From assembly GCA_977016875.1 (NCBI GenBank), contig CDRNST010000025.1, positions 2,542,001 to 2,606,000 on the forward strand: a stretch of 64,000 nt of DNA, in the 5' to 3' direction. Origin of the DNA: Pavona decussata. Its lineage: Eukaryota. The translations under genes and the position numbers were made by a program. The notes under the pieces were generated by a model. The model was not told where the DNA came from. It did not search any database and was given only the letters and a program-made list of their open reading frames with translations. Shown in pieces: positions 62,001 to 64,000 of this stretch; the first letter of the stretch is position 1; every line of letters starts with the position of its first letter.

Positions 62001-63562
62001 TAAATTATTTATCTTGGTGATACCGACGTCATACCACTTTTTTATTTTTTATTATTTTTTTTTTTTATAAAAAAACAGTTTTTTTTCCTACTAGAATTTT
62101 CCTATTATTCCACAGTATTTCGTTTTTAGGATTAGTTTTGGAATCGATGCCCGTTGAGGGAAGCTTATCATCAAGGTTTAGTATATCTGTTGTAAAGTTG
62201 CATTTTGTTAGAAAGACGAGACCACCATATTTGTGCAAGAGCTGGTTAGTTTGTATCGTTTCATATTTTGTGTAATGAAACAAAGAAGTGTTAGCTAAAT
62301 TCAGTACTCTCTATTCACAACTTTCTTTTGAGACATTATGATCATGTCACAAACTCGGACTTCTTGCTTTATCAGGTGTTTCAAACACCTGGAAACAATA
62401 AAAGCGCTTAGCCTGCGGCCTCATGCTTTCATCTGTTTCTCGGTTTCTGGAACCCCTGATTATGATAAAGCACCTGAAGTCGCTTTTGAAAGTACCTGAA
62501 ATTCAGCTCGCGTCAGCCATTCATAATTTAGAAATTTTTCAGCGAGTAGTATAATATCTCTGAAACGGACCTAGATATAAATGAGATTGACGTATAAACT
62601 CAACTTGCTGTGTAGCACATTACTAACAGGATGCACTGCGGGTGTGCATATTTCTCAGCGTATATTACTCATCAGTAAACATGCAAGAACGTTTCCTTGG
62701 TGTTTTTAGATGTCAAAAAGGCCGCGAAAGAGCGTCTCAAAAGGACCTTCTTATTGATGTTGTTTTGATTTTTGACAGGAATCTAGACATTCCAAGTTGT
62801 GGAAAGACATGGAAGAAACAGGCGTCCTTAGTATGCAACTTGTTGAACACGTATTTTCGAAGTATTCTCAGCAAGGCGTACCCAAGGAGGACATTTTGAA
62901 TATGATGGAGCATTTCGGATTGATAGTCAAGTTTGCGAGGTCTCCAAGTGATATACTCTACTTTGTACCAGCGCAACTGAAGACGCCACCTAAAGCCCTT
63001 CGAAAAATGGAACCTTCGTTGTCCGACCCATGTCCACTGTATCTTCACTTTTTGGAGGGTTTTGTTCCTCATGGCCTCTTCTTTCAGCTGGGGTCAAGGT
63101 GTTCTCGACGGTGCCCCGCTAATAGATTCACGCAGCCTCCGAAATTTTATGAGGGAGCTGCGACGTTCTTTCTCGAAAAAAAGTTCAGGTACCAACTGAC
63201 TCTTTTGTGCAAGAAAAGGTTCATCAAGGTTGTCCTGAAAAACCAGACAAAGCAAGACGATCAACTCTCTCGGACTGAAAAAAAAGAGGTAGCAAGTTTG
63301 GTGCGATCGTTTCTAGAAGGTGAATTAGAAAATATGAAACAAGAGCTGCCGTGGTTGAACAATTTAAAGTATGAATTGTGTGTAGAGTGTCCTTGCTGTC
63401 CGGAGGAAGAAACCAAATGTGGAAACCACAGTCAAGTCTTTTGTGCACATGAAGACTGCATAAGCCTTGTCAAAGTTATGCCTAGAGGGAGTTTAAGCTG
63501 TTGCTCAATTTGTTGTCAAACACCGAGCCTCCCCAGACTGGAAAAGTGGTTCTCGGCAAAAG
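48807..63562 (+). CDS. ROCO gene copy 2 (3'-partial): TPR-Roc-COR-Cys-rich. Exons 48807-50001 (contains gap), 51750-52135, 54224-54954, 59777-60026, 62779-63562
   Basis: Phase-compatible GT-AG junctions and no stops in the visible exons. Exon lengths equal those of copy 1. Confidence 0.87.
48861..49700 (+). repeat. Coding tandem repeat, 7 x 120 bp
   Basis: TGGTC(G/T)TA...CTTAAAGACTACCAAC recurs at exact 120-nt spacing (48903, 49023, 49143, 49263, 49383, 49503). The seventh unit is diverged. Confidence 0.97.
51750..52135 (+). CDS. Copy 2 exon: Roc N-terminal half
   Basis: About 17 substitutions in 386 nt versus 990-1375 (counted by eye). P-loop intact. Confidence 0.9.
52838..53444 (-). mobile_element. 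CR1/L2-type LINE 3' fragment
   Basis: (CAA)n tail with AATAAA on the minus strand. Remnant HSYSTRFS...SFSRVGAKIWNGIP. Absent at copy 1 position 3478. Confidence 0.8.
53625..53697. repeat. (ATTG)n microsatellite
   Basis: About 18 imperfect ATTG units. The homologous position in copy 1 is the N gap at 3607-3735. Confidence 0.9.
54224..54954 (+). CDS. Copy 2 exon: Roc C-terminal half
   Basis: WDFAGQ and VGTHAD motifs, same splice sites as 7104-7834. Confidence 0.93.
55318..59753 (+). mobile_element. Academ-superfamily DNA transposon, decayed
   Basis: TAG...CTA termini, about 190-bp TIRs, and 3-bp TSD TAT at 55315-55317 and 59754-59756. Empty site at copy 1 8195-8197. Confidence 0.88.
56488..59209 (+). 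pseudogene. Academ transposase pseudogene (XPG/PIN-like nuclease region, Cys-rich C-terminus)
   Basis: Fragments GNWSLHL..MLPYFAAAGH..YAKS, VLDGGALLH, VVFDG, GDADLMIV, GDDTDLLVLL and LPPT..RVY.QVQQW..DWGW occur in shifting frames with stops. Confidence 0.85.
59777..60026 (+). CDS. Copy 2 exon: COR N-terminal part
   Basis: Near-identical to 8218-8467. Confidence 0.92.
60577..60630. repeat. Perfect 26-bp inverted repeat with 2-nt spacer
   Basis: GAGTGCTATGGCCTTAATGAAGTGTT-TT-AACACTTCATTAAGGCCATAGCACTC. Confidence 0.95.
60978..62270 (-). mobile_element. Decayed 3' fragment of an L1/Tx1 LINE
   Basis: Poly(T) at 60978. Remnants EILWNNRKIL, LKVPFTTHYGL, TSSIYSSLL..FVPPT and a CPIC knuckle are homologous to 12061-13100. 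Confidence 0.85.
62779..63562 (+). CDS. Copy 2 exon: COR C-terminal part plus Cys-rich segment
   Basis: Same 784-nt length and splice sites as 18328-19111, with an open frame. Confidence 0.9.
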
Positions 63563-64000
63563 GTGAAGGCGATGTGTCCTATTAATGCTTAAAATAAGAT
63601 GAGCTCTAGGTCAGGTATTGAAATGATTAAATGACAGGTTACTGCCAATCAGTTGAAAGGTACCAGGAAAAGAGCTATCTTCCCAGTGCTCCTACTTGTT
63701 ATAATTAATAACAAGAACCGTTATCAACGAAACTGACAGGTTCATGCGTACGTCCGCTGTGAGTCGTATATTTGCGAGAACAAGCAATACATTTAATCTT
63801 GATTGTGATGAATTAGGTATCCCTAAGTCTTATGAAGTTCCCAAAGTGCACTACTCTTTGACATTGTCCGGCGCATGAATACTGATAATTAAGAAATCAG
63901 AGCTTAACGCAAGGTTGATGGCCATAGCAACCAATTTGACAGGGAGCAGGGTACAACGGTGAGGTTTCAGATTCAACAATGATTTCTTTCCCTCCTGGGC

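Overview
This is AT-rich eukaryotic (animal) genomic DNA with GT-AG introns and two N gaps. The repeat landscape and protein families suggest a cnidarian such as a stony coral; that assignment is an inference. The window holds two tandem, same-strand copies (about 95% identical in the one exon counted) of a multi-exon ROCO GTPase gene. Copy 1 (exons 990-30156) lacks its N-terminus, which lies upstream of the window. Copy 2 (48807 to beyond 64000) lacks its C-terminus. Joining the two gives the architecture: 7 x 40-aa TPR repeats with hypervariable positions - Roc GTPase - COR - Cys-rich segment - short linker exons - OTU deubiquitinase - Death domain. All domain modules are joined by phase-1 introns. 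The protein looks like a modular innate-immune or cell-death sensor-switch-effector. Copy 1 has an in-frame TGA inside the OTU module and a tandem duplication of its linker exons. The introns and the 18-kb spacer are packed with transposons: a full-length and two deleted L1/Tx1 LINEs, CR1/L2-type tails, an intact two-gene Harbinger, a decayed Academ, Kolobok-type elements, two abutting long-TIR Sola3-like elements, a Penelope-like RT fragment and many MITEs. Most intronic insertions are copy-specific, so the paralog shows the empty site. No rRNA, tRNA or CRISPR array was seen.
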